Positions 1 through 12,305 of a stretch of DNA of 64,000 nucleotides are shown one piece after another. The stretch spans positions 76,262,001 through 76,326,000 of the forward strand of contig CM059432.1 in NCBI GenBank assembly GCA_030390025.1. Direction: 5' to 3'. A program made the translations under genes and the position numbers. The notes beneath the pieces are model-generated. The model was not told the DNA's origin. It ran no database searches and saw only the letters and a program-made list of their open reading frames with translations. Source of the stretch: Squalus acanthias. Its lineage: Eukaryota. Position 1 is the stretch's first letter, and each line of letters begins with the position of its first letter.

Positions 1-365
1 AAAAATTTTGATAGAGTGGATACAGAGAGAATGTTTCCACTTTTGGGGAAGAGCATAACTAGAGGCCATCAATAAGATAGTCACCAAGAAATCCCAACAG
101 GGAATTCAGAAGAAACCTCTTTACCCAAAGAGTGGTGAGAATGTGGAACTCGCTACCACAGGGAGTGGTTGAAGCGAATAGTATAGATGCATTTAAGGGG
201 AGGCTAGACAAGCATATGAGGGAAAAGGGAATAGAGGGTTATGCTGATAGATTTAAATGAGGAAAGATGGGAGGAGGCTCGTGTGGAGCACAAACGCCGG
301 CATTGACTGGTTGGGCCGAATGGCCTGTTTTTGTGCCGTATATCCTATGTAATCCTATGTAATCC
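1..365 (+). mobile_element. CR1 LINE 3' end (ORF2 C-terminus, 3' UTR and tandem-repeat tail), cut by the window start
   Basis: Nearly identical to 11930-12305, whose frame reads ...FFTQRVVRMWNSLP.... Ends in an (ATCCTATGTA)n tail at about 342-365. Confidence 0.9.
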
Positions 366-2629
366 CTTTGTCACAGAACATCACAGGGTCCTCTTGGACA
401 GAATGCTGAAATGAAAGCCACCACAAAACAAACATTACAAACATAATTTATAAATTGATAATTCCAATATAACATTACAAAGTCAACTAATCACCCTTGT
501 GCATTCCCTTAGTGACTGTCTTTTGTGTCCCTTTGCCTATTCTAGTGCTTCTACGCAGTGCTACCCCAGTGGCTGCAACTTGGCTGGTGGTAGACTGGTG
601 ACTTTCATTGGGGGACATTGCAGATGGCCTTGCAGGACAACCTCGAGCAGCTCTGGGCCTAGAAGGTGCGGCTGTAGACTGTACCACTTCGGCATGGACT
701 GGCTGGCTGACAGGCAAATGTAATGACACTGGTGAAGTGGCAGTGGTGGGAATACGAATGCTGTCATCCTGAGAGAGGACAGCAGGTTCTTGATCCAAGG
801 AGTCACTGCCACTCTCCCGGGGCAGCACCTCAGCATTCCTAGCCACCTACTAGAGCACAGATTGCTAGACTGCTGTGAAACCCTGCAAGCTCCTCTCCAC
901 ACTCGTAAACCAGGCACAATGGCAACAGTCTGATCTTGCATGGCAGGAAGCTGAGACTGCATGAGAGCCGTCTGAGCTTGCGCGGCAGCAAGCTGAGCCT
1001 GCTGGCAGAAGTCTGAGCTTGCACGACAACACTCAGATGTTGGGTCGCTTTCGCTTGTGATGCAATGGAAGCTGCGACATTGCCCATCACACACAGCATC
1101 GTGGTTGGGTCCACAAGTTCTCTAATCGCTTCCATCTCATAAACCATGTGTCCCAAGCTCCGCGCAAAGCCGCGTGCAATGTTGGAGCCGGATTCCTCCA
1201 TGCTCCTTGACACTGACAAGAGGCTCCCTGGCAGGCCTGCTATTGCACCTAGCATTTCTGTGTGCAATTCCCATCACCCTTCTTTTGAAGGCCTCCCCAT
1301 CGACGTCCTCATCTGAGTCCTGTGCAGCAGAATACCCTACCCTTTCCCCCCAGCCTGGCTGCAGCCCACTTGAGCCCGGTGACTCACCATGTGCAGATCC
1401 CACCCTATACTACCCTCTAAAGTATGCGCTGTGCCATTTTCTGAGCTGGTGCCTGGGAATGTCAGATAGAGTGATGGTGCCTCTTCTTCTCCATCACTCT
1501 CCTTCTCTACTTCTTGCTACTGGCAGTTCTTGGGTATCTGAAGGTAGAAAGGCACAAGGGTCGGGTTGTGGTGAGGAAGGGGGCTGAAGCAAGATGTCTA
1601 TGCATACACAATCAGCAGCTTGGAAGTGAGAAGAGATTGTGGGATGAGGGGGAAGTGGGATGTGAGAAGAAGGATTCGGTATGAGCATCATCAATGCTTT
1701 CAGCCTTGCCCAGCACCGCGGCCTCAGTGACGGCCCCCCAATGATCTCCGGCACAGTCTACGCCATGGGGATTGGTTGTGCAGCCATGCGGGCCCCCACC
1801 TGTTTGTTCCTGCTCTCTCCTGTTATGAGCCACTTGGCCTGCAAGAGAAAGGGAAGAGTGTCAGTGAGCGTGGTGCAATGTGTTTGGGTGATGTGCCTGT
1901 CATGGTTGAATAGCTGGCATTGAGTGCAAGGTGTGAGATGTGGGCGTGAGGCTTGCAGCAGTGGTAAGTGCGTACGGGTGAGGTGAAGCTATGATTGTGA
2001 GGTATGAGTGGTGATTGCTAGGGATTGTTGGTAGGTGAGTGATGGGGGTGTGGTGCAGTTGGTGGGATATGGCATTTGATGATACATTCACTGACCTTGA
2101 CCACTCGAGTGAGGTTATTAAACTTCTTCTGACAGTGGATCCATGTCCTGGGGGAAAGACTGGTTGCACTGACTGCTTCTGCGATTTCCTCCCACTGCGT
2201 TCACACAGCGTGTCTGGAAGGCCTCCTGGCCCCCTTGCGGGTACAGGACCTGTCTCCTCCTGTACACCCCCAGTACCAAGGCCTCCAGGGCTGCATCTGA
2301 GGACCGAGGTGCCGCTCTCTCCCCTGTTGAGACATATTGTTCCAGCGCCAGCAACAATGAGGTATTTCTGTATCAGAGCACCTCCCCTTTAAGAAGTGCA
2401 GAACAGCCTTTGACTCTGCATGCAACCTTTGAATAGAGAGCAGATTGCACAGGATATTGAGCACTGAGCCAACCAGCAGAGTGTTTAGCACTGTGCTCAG
2501 CGCTGCAATCATGGTAATGAGCAGGCAGCATTAATTTCGCGTTCTGCCTGCACTACTTTCAACGGGCGTGGGCAGATCGCGCATCGCGATCCCCGTGCCC
2601 ATTTTCGGGCTGAATTGAATTTTGCCCCC
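366..2629 (-). mobile_element. Decayed Harbinger element (family B, copy B1): Myb/SANT-gene half and one terminus
   Basis: Broken ORFs (AHNRREQEQTGGG..., MHTEMLGAIAGLP..., PAVLSQDDSI...) match the intact Myb/SANT protein at 17414-19233. The terminus AATTTTGCCCCC at 2618-2629 and its subterminal region resemble 26139-26300 and 57240-57376. Confidence 0.85.
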
Positions 2630-2836
2630 ATAGAATCTTACAGCACGGAAACAGGCCATTCTGCCCAACTGGTCTATGCCGGTGTTTATGCTCCACACGA
2701 GCCTCCTCCCACCTTACTTCATTTAACCCTAGCAACATAACCTTCTATTCCTTTCTCCCTCATGTACTCATCTAGCTTCCCCTTAAAAGCAACTATGCTA
2801 TTCACCTTAACCACTCCATGTGGTAGTGAATTCCAC
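2630..2836 (-). mobile_element. Short 5'-truncated CR1 3' fragment
   Basis: Reverse strand encodes WNSLPHGVVKVNSIVAFKGKLDEYMREKGIEGY followed by the CR1 3' UTR. Confidence 0.85.
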
Positions 2837-3184
2837 AAAACCTGCAAAACCACAGCCAATACCAGCAGAAACCAGCCACCAGTAGTCATCACCAGCAGCA
2901 GCAACTAGTAGCCAGTGGAGAAAAGTTGGGGCCTGGAACTTTGGGAGGGGAAGGAGGGGTAAGAGAACACATGCCAAACGTCAGTGTTTCGCGCTGTCAC
3001 AGTTTCCCCAGCTCCATCAGCATTTCCTGATCAATATCAGTGTTTATTTAATGGCCTTGCTGACTGCAAGTAGTTTGAAAGCCAGTAAGCACCACAATGA
3101 AAAGCAGATCTGAAAAGGCTGCGCTGGGAACTACCATCCTCGTCCTTGTTCTACTGATTTTAGAGTGGAAGTGGGGCGGGAAGG

Positions 3185-3896
3185 AAGAGGGGTAGAAAAT
3201 GGGATGGGGGTGCACTCCATGGTATCCCCACCCATTTTTATGCCATTGCAATTCCCATCAGCAACCTTCAATGCAACCATTCATATACAGGCAGGCATAT
3301 TGAAATTCAAATGATGGAATACATTGAAACTGGGGGGAGCCGGGGGTGGGGGGCAGTTAAAATGGAGCGGGGGGACCTATCCATTCCTTTGCTGCCCCAA
3401 TCTGACCGACTGCAATGTCCAAAAGCAGCTCACTGCAACCAACGGCACCAATTTGGACTGGCTGTGATGCCAGCAGCGGCCCTCAGGTGGGTCCTACAAG
3501 AGGAGGTGGAGGCGATGCTGAGAGAGGTGAGCATGGGTTGGTAGTGGCCCCCCGTTGTATTGTGGAACCACTGACTCCACAAAATACCAACATTTTCACA
3601 GTTTTTGGGCCTTTTTTCAGCAGCCTCCAGCGGTCTTTTAAGGACTGCTAGTTAAGCCACTCTAAACCCAAAAGAACTAGTCAGAGCTTGTGCGGCACAA
3701 GCTCCGCCTACTTGCTGTCCAATTTTATATCGGGGTCCTACAACTGACATAGGACCCCCATTTGAACAACTAAATCAGTCTGCCGCCTGTTCCGGGCGGG
3801 TGCCCTGGGCGACTAAAAGTTGCCTGATTCAATTTTGCGTGAGGTGCACTTCCGGGCTTAATCGGGTGTGGGAGATTACAATCCGATTTTGGACCC
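3185..3896. mobile_element. Possible decayed Harbinger-type MITE remnant
   Basis: GC-rich segment with motifs (GGCAGTTAAAATGG, terminal CCGATTTTGGACCC) resembling other MITEs here. No clean TIR pair or TSD. Confidence 0.3.
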
Positions 3897-5599
3897 TGTT
3901 TGTTCTATTCCACGCCCGAAAAATAGGCACGTCAACGTCCAATTTATTCAGCAATGAGTTTGTCTATATGGACTACTTGGGGAATACTAAAGCAAATGAC
4001 TTTAACTGATGCACCAGAGGGCGTACTATCAAAAATAGCTGGGTTATTTAGGAATTCTCCATTGTCTGCTCAGCCATAAGAAAACTATTACAGTCAAACC
4101 AATAAACATATTACTGTTACCCAGAGACTCGATGGTAAATTTTCTGACAACAAAATCTATGGTAATTCACAGTAATTGTTTTCTGGGCATAGTATTTGAA
4201 AAGAGCTCAAAATTGCAGAGTTCATTTGAAATAACAGTGCTCGGGATTTTTCCACGATGTTTGGCAGGATCACCAGCTGACACGATGCTGCGGTTTTTGC
4301 GTTCTGAAGCTGTTGATATTTTTCACAGGCTCCTTTTCTCATTCTAATTGTGACAGAGAGACAGCCTAAATACCATAATAACCGTGTCTCTGCGCTGTGA
4401 ATCTGGAGCAACAGGAAGGGAGTAGTTCATACTGCATAAAGGAACTGTGCCTGCATTAAAACCACTGCCATTTATCACTGAAGTACAACGTTCAATTTTC
4501 TATCCTTTGCTGCTACAGTTTCAACAAGAATTTCGTGACTTTTGCGGCTATCCTCTGTGAAAACATGACAGCCACAGATTTAATGGCATTACAGGACCTT
4601 GCAGATATTGACAGGTTATGATATATGACTCAGACACAAGTGCACACTAATAAAATACCTCTTATGGTTATGAAAGAGTGAGCGGGAGATGATGACGTGT
4701 TTATGTGACAATAGCAATATTAAACAAGAGTGCCACCATTTTGAGAATCCGTGAGGGAGATGCATCTTCCAAGTTGTGTTTATTGGCAAGTATGAGATTG
4801 TCGGCTGGGAGGAGCACCAGTTTTGGCTAAATTTCTGCTGGGCTGAATTGTCCACCTCACATTAACTTGGGCAGAAAAACATTTCTAAACAGCGTCAGAA
4901 GCCACCACCGTGGCCAATTATCAGGGGGTGAATCCCATCAGGGGTCAGACTGGAGCAGCCACAATAATGCACATGTATTTCTGAAATGGTACAACCCAAA
5001 CCAAGGGTGTAAGGTTACTCTTATCAACAACTTTAGTGAAACAATTAGCTTGAGTACATAACAGGAAATTCTGTTTTGTCCTTGTGTTCACTTTTTTTTG
5101 CTAAAATTGTCCCTCAGAGGAAATGCACCTTCCACATGGTGCATTGATATGGAAAGAAAGACAGGGCACCCTCTATGCCACACAGAGACAGATGATTTCA
5201 GGAGCTCTCCAATAACCACATAGCTGGAGGTTGTACTGTTAAGTTGGCAACTTTTGATATAAAATCTGAATAAAAAACTACGATGGTCAAAAAACAATTT
5301 TTTATTAGAAACATCATAGAACATTCGACAAGTAAAAGAGTTTATGTATTGTAAGTCTATTTAGGTTATGGCCCCAGTTTTCTGCATCAATAACACAGTA
5401 TAACTAGATTTAAGTTACATAAAAGCAGCTAAATATATTATCCTTCTCCTGCCACTAGCGGTGGTGCATAATTTCACTTTCTTTCTCGATTTTGAAATCC
5501 CCTATAATGTGGCACGTCAAGCTACACCAATATTCCAATATCACTTGCATTCATTTTAGCACCATTCAAACATGGCTAATGGCAACAACAATAACAATA

Positions 5600-5890
5600 A
5601 TTATTATTTTCGCTGGCTGATGAATTGGTACCAAGGGGGCAGAGGCTGAGAATTATTACTGGAAGAACAAAGGAGGTAGTTAGAAGAATTTCTTTTCACA
5701 CAGAGGGTTATTATAACCCAGAAAGCATTACCACGAATGGCTATTGAGGCAGAGAATATAACATCATTTAAAAGGGAATTGGAGAAGTATTTGAAAAGGA
5801 AGAATATAAAAGGATATAGAGAAAGGGCAGGAAATGAGATTAGAGCAGTCTGCTCTGGTTGAGGAGCTGGCATGTAATCTCTATGATTTC
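5600..5890 (+). mobile_element. Old CR1 3' fragment
   Basis: Degenerate RRxFFTQRV-like coding stretch (agaagaatttcttttcacacagagggtt) followed by a CTATG-type tail remnant. Confidence 0.65.
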
Positions 5891-6018
5891 TATACCCACA
5901 TAAACGTCACGGCTGGTTGATTATATAAATTCCAATAAAACACTTTGAAACTCTTTACTAGTATTTTAAAATGTTACTATATTCATTAAAAATGACACAA
6001 ATAGACTAAAATGACAGT

Positions 6019-9000
6019 GGGGGTGATTTTTGTTTTCAGCCTATATGGGGTGGGCAGTGGGTGGGGCCTCTGCCCTGCTTTCCCGCTGACATCAGAGGGA
6101 CGCCTGATCGATTTTCCTGGTTGGGCCTCATTGACATTGAATGGGTGAGCGGCCAGCCCTACTCGCACTTCTTATAGGTAGCTCGTTTATACAGCAGGGT
6201 TCATGGGCATTTTCCCATGCTTTTCTCTTTCTACTTAGCTCTCTCCCTCACACACTCACTTAGCATGACAACCTAGGGTTGCATTGCACCGCCACTCATC
6301 TGCTACTGCTTTCCCTTGCTGAACTTGTCCCTCTGCCGTGCTTCTCGGTCCTTCAGATTACTCAGGTCAAGCCGCCACCCAGACTGAGGAAGAGAACCCT
6401 TCCAAAGATGCACCATCACTTGCTCTTACCCTTCCAAGCAGCAGCACAGAAATCGACATAAATAGTGAATGAGAGGAGCCTGTGCAGGGTGATTGACTGA
6501 GCACAAGTGAGCAGGGGCAGGTGCCAGTACAACGAGCAGCCAGGAAATGGCTCACTAGAGGGCCAGCTACATCCTAGCTTTGCTGAAGAGGACAGAGATG
6601 TGGGCTTTAGGCGCCCAGCCTTTAAAGGACAAGTGCTTTCTGTGCACCAACAATTGCTCAAATCGTTGGTCTTCATGTCAGGGAGCTGCCAACTTCTGTG
6701 GGGTGCTCTTGCATGGCATCGACAGTGCAGTCAATCATGGAACATGTGGTCACCTCACCAGATGCTGTAACTGGGCCCTCTTTGTAGGAGTCTGTGGCAT
6801 CAGTAGTAGCATCTCTCAGGGATGCTCATACCAGAACAATGTAGGCTCTGGGTTCCATCCTCTCCTCTGCCTTGGAAAGGCTGGGAGATGATATGGATTG
6901 GGGTCATGGATGTCTTACAGGCTCATCTTCTGCAGATCAGTGGAAGTGGTGAGCTGCTGCCCAGTAGCAGGGGCAGTCATGCAATGAGAATGGAACATGA
7001 GGCCATATCTCAGGATGACAGCAAGTCTGCGCCCTTGCCATTCCCGCAACCAATGCCTGCCCTGGTGCTAGAAAGCCAGCTGGGCCAGACTGTCCTAGCG
7101 GACGCTGAGTTATTGCGGTCTTCACCTGGGCCCCCTCAGGCCCAAGCTCCTTGAGATCACTGACCACAAGCATCTCAAGAGCCCTTGACTGAACCAAAGT
7201 TGCCTTCCATCTCTCATGCTGAAATCACTGGGGGACCACGTCATATGAGCACTAGAATAGGTAAGAGAGCTCTCAGGACAGGCACTAGGGCCTCATGCCA
7301 GGGTGGTAATTAGTGTGTGACCATTGTGTAACAGAGTAAAATGATAACCCTTTTTGAAATCTTTGCAGAGAGTGTTCCTGTACTAGCTGGTGACCCTGCT
7401 ATGTCAGGTGACATGAATATAAATGTTGGTCTTTGGGCAGATGCAGTTTATTGGAGGGTGGAAAGACTGGGACAGATGTTGGACATGACTGTTAATACAA
7501 GGGAGCAGGCAATACTCAGTTGCCGCCCTCTTCAATGAGCTGCTGCCAAAGAGGTCTGGGTGCAGGAAGGTGTTGGAGCCCTTCCACCTCCTCACCGCCC
7601 TCTATGTTTTTGCCCTCGTCATGCTGAAAGTATTGGTCAATTGAGGCTCCATGTGTTGTCCTCATTGCAAAGCAAAGTTATGCAGCATGCAGTAAACCAC
7701 AATCATATGGGATACTTTTTGTGGGCTGTACTGCAAGAAGCCACCAGACCTATCAGGCAGCGGAATTGTTGCTTGAGGAATCTAAGGGCTAGAAATTGAC
7801 CTTCTTAGTGCCTCCCGTTATCGCCTCTGGGGGGCGATAATGGGAGGCGCTAAGCACTTATCGACCGGGTGCGGCGAGAAGATCGACTCTTGCTATATTC
7901 GGCAGGAGGTTTGTGGTGGTGGTATGGCATTGCGCCCCGATCTCCTCCGCCCGGAGATCGTGACGTCAACGCCAAGCGCATCGCCCCGGTAGTGCCCCGG
8001 ACCCGAACTTCGGTTCCGCCCCCTGCAGCATCGCCGGGCACACTGGCAGCTGCAGGAGACGTTCATCGGGAGGCCAGGTGCTTCGGGGCGATACTTAAAG
8101 GTGAGGTGGCCGAGGTAAGTGGAAAAAATTGTGACATGCTCTTTATCTTTTTTTTCATTTCTCTTCGCCAGCGATCAATCAGCCCGGCACTCTGCTGCAG
8201 TGCATCAGGCTGATCGGGCCGGATCACGGCTGCTGTCAGGGACCAGGTAAGTTTTCCCCTTGCAGAGCCTGCAACGATGGCCCTTCCCTTTAAGGGAGGG
8301 AAGGAGCCTTCCAACGCGGCAGTGATGCACGGCCCATTGTGCAGCGCTGCACACCTACCACACTGCCTGCTGCCTGTTGCGCTCCAGGGAGGAAGTGGAG
8401 CGCTTGATTTAGTGCTCCACTTCCTTCCCGGAGCGCAAAACTGAATTTTTTAAAAGTTGAAAACATTATCGCCGAGCGCTAATTTTTTCAACATTTAAAA
8501 GTTAGCGCCCCAACGGGACGATACTGAATTTCTCCCCCTAAAGATCTGTTCGATGAAGGCACTAGTTGATCACACACCAGTTGCCCATGAATGGAATATA
8601 TGTCCTTACAGTTCATGAAGACAGTGAGGTGATGTAAAAGAACCCATAGGGCAACATGGGTGCAGTCAATGGCATCTTGGATTAAAGAAAGACTGCAATC
8701 TACACAAGTATCAGAGCCCTATCCTGCTGCTTCCGGTTGTCCATGGGGAAAATGATGGAACTATTTGCTCTAATAAACATGGCATCAGGCGTCATAGCCA
8801 GAGGCAAAGAAGTTGAAGGCTACAGTGACCTTGACTGTAACAAGCAATGTTGTGCTAGCGGTGGGAGTTAGGTACAAGTCTTGTTGCAGGAGTTGACACA
8901 ACTCTGTGTCAGTCTCCCTAGAGAAGTGCAGTCTCCTTGTGCACGACTCCTCAGAGAACTGCAGTTACGTTGTCCTATGCCTATAAACTCTGTTGGGAGG

Positions 9001-9628
9001 ATAATTACTCCTGCGAGCACACCTTTTTCTATTTGTTCTCCCTGCAGCTGTAGCCCTGTTTGCTCCTTTTTTCTGTTGCTGCTCCTCCTCCTCCTCATTG
9101 TCTAGCTTGAGTGGAATTGCCTAAAGGTCCCCCATGAAATGTAAAAGCACTTTGACGAAAACTCCTTAAGAATTCATAATGTTGTACAGCCACTACAAAC
9201 ACTTTAACATAGTCTAAGTAGCAAAAAAACCCACAATATAACACAAGCAAAATGTCTCTTAAACCTTTCTAGCATTTTACCTGAGAGCAGGTGAGAATTC
9301 CTTTAAAAAATCTCTGGAAATGGCCACCTCCTGACATGTACCACCTGTGGTTTGTAAGTAGTTGAAGACCTGGTGACAGCAAGGTGGGTTGAGATGAAAA
9401 TGGGGTCAGGATGTTAACTGTGTCATTTGACCTTGATTTGCATTCATTAATGAGGCTCCTGCCTGTTTCCGGCAGGTGCTCTGGCTGCCTAAATTGAGGT
9501 CCTCCTGAAAATCGGAATGGGCGGTTCTCAGGCGGTAGGTTGGCAGGTCAGTCCCCCATGTGATTACCATCTTGATACTACCCCATTTTTAGGCATAAAT
9601 GGGGGATAGTGAGATAAAAAACACCCAC
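6019..9628. mobile_element. Heavily decayed two-gene Harbinger (Myb/SANT remnant on +, transposase remnant on -), interrupted by a MITE
   Basis: The + strand has an 'AISQDDS' Myb-gene homology near 7000. The - strand has GCCATTGACTGCACCCATGTTGCC (AIDCTHVA) near 8650-8673 and a C-terminal acidic stretch. Degenerate termini are GGGGGTGATTTT and AAAAACACCC. Confidence 0.7.
7786..8538. mobile_element. Harbinger MITE related to family A
   Basis: TIRs GGGCTAGAAATT / AATTTCTCCCCC; TAA TSD at 7783-7785 and 8539-8541. The right terminus (...CGATACTGAATTTCTCCCCC) matches that of 31975-36014. Confidence 0.9.
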
Positions 9629-10064
9629 GGTTAGTCTTGCATCTGCCTTTACAGATTAATATATAGTTCAAAGGAAACAATATTTATGTTTCATTCATCT
9701 AATTGTTACAGCATGTTATTTAATATAGAATTTCAGCACTTCTTTTCTGCACATAATGGATTATGAGTGAAAGTAAGACATACAGCCAAAAGTTATTGAC
9801 ACAAATGGAAGAACATTTAATTCAGCTTAAAATAAAAACCATTAGTGCCAATCTTTCGATAATATTTTTCAAGCAATTAGTGCTTGCATATCAAAATAAA
9901 GTCAGTGAAATAAACTCTTTAAAATGTTTTTACACTGAGCAGTAAGTAAAAACCAACTGCAACAACCTAAACAGGATATCAGAGTACTTCAGAGTACTCA
10001 AATAATAATCACTTTGAAGGACACATCTACTAGAGTTTTTCTGGCAGCTTTATTTTCATTTACA

Positions 10065-10650
10065 AAACTTTGTTACCTCCAGACTTGACTATTCCAACAC
10101 ACTACTGGCTGGCCTCCCACGTTCTACCCTACGCAAACTTAAGGTCATCCAAAACTTGGCTGCCTGTGTCCAAAGTCCCGTTCACCCATCACCCCTGTGC
10201 TCGCTGACCTACATTGGCTCCCGGTTAAGCAAAGCCTCGATTTTAAAATTCTCATTCTTGTTTTCAAATCCCTCCATGGCCTCGCCCCTCCCTATCTGTC
10301 TAATCTCCTCCAGCCCCATAACTCCCCCTCCCCCCCCACCTCAAGATATCTGCGCTCCTCTAATTCTGGTCTCTTGAGCATCCCTGATTTTAATCGCTCA
10401 ACCATTGGTGGCCGTGCCTTCTGTTGCTTAGGTCCTAAGCTCTGGAATTTCCTCCCTAAACCTCTCTACCTCTCTTTCCTCCTTTAAGACTCTCCTTAAA
10501 ACCTACCTCTTTGACCAAGCTTTTGGTCACCTGCCCTAATTTCTCCTCATGTGGCTTGGTGTCAAATTTTGCTTTATAACACTCCTGTGAAGCACCTTGG
10601 GATGTTTTACTACATTAAAGGTGCTATATAAATATAAGTTGTTGTTGTTA
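10065..10650 (+). mobile_element. L2 LINE 3' fragment
   Basis: ORF 10197-10487 (LHWLPVKQSLDFKILILVFKSLHGLAPPYL...GGRAF...PKLWN) is typical of the L2 ORF2 C-terminus. Tail TATATAAATATAAGTTGTTGTTGTT. Confidence 0.9.
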
Positions 10651-10654
10651 ACAT

Positions 10655-12305
10655 CAGGATGAGGAGATTAGTAGTTAGATAAGAGCATTTAATATAAAAA
10701 GAGGGGATATATTAAATAAACTAATCAAACTCAAAGAGGATAAAACCCCTGGTCCAGATGGATTGCATCCATGCATTTTAAAAGAATCTAGGTAAGAGAT
10801 AGCAGAGGCATTACTACACATATTTAATCATTTGTTAGAAGTAACGTAGCTAACGTAATACCTATATTCAAGAAGGGAGATAGAACATGTCCAGGGATTA
10901 TAGACCAGTCAACTTAACATTGGTGGTAGGAAGAATAATGGAATCCCTACTAAAGGAGAAAATAGAAGAACATCTAGAAACCAAAAATATAATAAGGAAT
11001 AGTCAACATGGATTTCAAAAGGAAAAGTCTTGCTTGACCAACCTCATTGAATTTTTGGAAGAGGTAACAGAGAGAGTAGACAATGGTAATGGAGTAGTTG
11101 TAATTTATCTAGATTTTCAAAATGCCTTCGATAAGGTACCCCATAATAGATTGATGAGCAAGGTCAGAGAATGCGGAGCCAGGGGACAAGTAGCAGAATG
11201 GATAGTTAGCTGGCTTCAAGACAGAAACCAGAGAGTAGGGGTAAAGGGTAGCTATTTACAGTGGCAGAAGGTGGGTAGTGGTGTTCCAAAAGGATCAGTG
11301 CTGGGAACACTGTTGTTCACAATTTACATTAACGATTTAGACTTTGGAATCAAAAACACAATTTCTAAATTTGCGGATGACACCAAATTGGGACGGATAG
11401 TCAACACTGAGGAGGACTGCAACAAATTAAAGGAAGACATTAATAAACTTGCAGAATGGGTATATAATTGGCAAATGAAGTTCAACACAGATAAATGTGA
11501 GGTATTACATTTTGGGAGAAAGAATAGTGAGGTTACTTATCACTTGGAGGGTGTGAGTCTAGGTAGGGTAGAGGAACAAAGGGATCTCGGAGTACAAATA
11601 CACAAATCACTAAAAGTTGCAACACAGGGAGGCCATAATAAAAGCAAACCAAGGGTTTATTTCTAGAGGTATAGAATTGAAAAGTAGGGAAGTTATGCTA
11701 AATCTGTATCGAATCTTGGTTAGACCACACTTAGAGTACTGCGTACAATTCTGGTCGCCATATTATAAAAAGGATATAGAGGCACTGGAGAGGGTGCAGA
11801 GAAGATTTCCAAGGATGATACCAGAAATGCCAGAGGGTATACATATCAGGAAAGGATGAACAGGCTGGGTCTCTTTTCTCTTGAAAAAAGAAGGTTGAGG
11901 GGTGACCTAATAGAGGTCTTTAAAATTGTGAAAGGTATTGATAGAGTGGATACAGAGAGAATGTTTCCACTTGTAGGGAAGAGCATAACTAGAGGCCATC
12001 AATATAAGATAGTCACCAAGAAATCCAATAGGAAATTCAGAAGAAACTTCTTTACCCAGAGAGTGGTGAGAATGTGGAACTCGCTACCAAAGGGAGTGGT
12101 TGAAGCAAATAGTATCGATGCATTTAAGGGGAGGCTAGACAAGCATATGAGGGAGAAGAGAATAGAGGGTTGTACTGAAAGATTTAGATGAGGAAAAACG
12201 GGAGGAGGCTTGAGTGGAGCATAAATGCCGGCATGGACTGGTTCGGCCGAATGGCCTGTTTCTGTGCCGTATATCCTGTGTAATCCTATGTAATCCTATG
12301 TAATC
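10655..12305 (+). mobile_element. 5'-truncated, frameshifted CR1 LINE (RT domain to tail)
   Basis: ORFs 10887-11666, 11617-11859 and 11856-12191 carry YRPVNLT, QHGF, YLDFQNAFDKV, GVPKGSVLG and FADDTK. (ATCCTATGTA)n tail. Confidence 0.95.
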
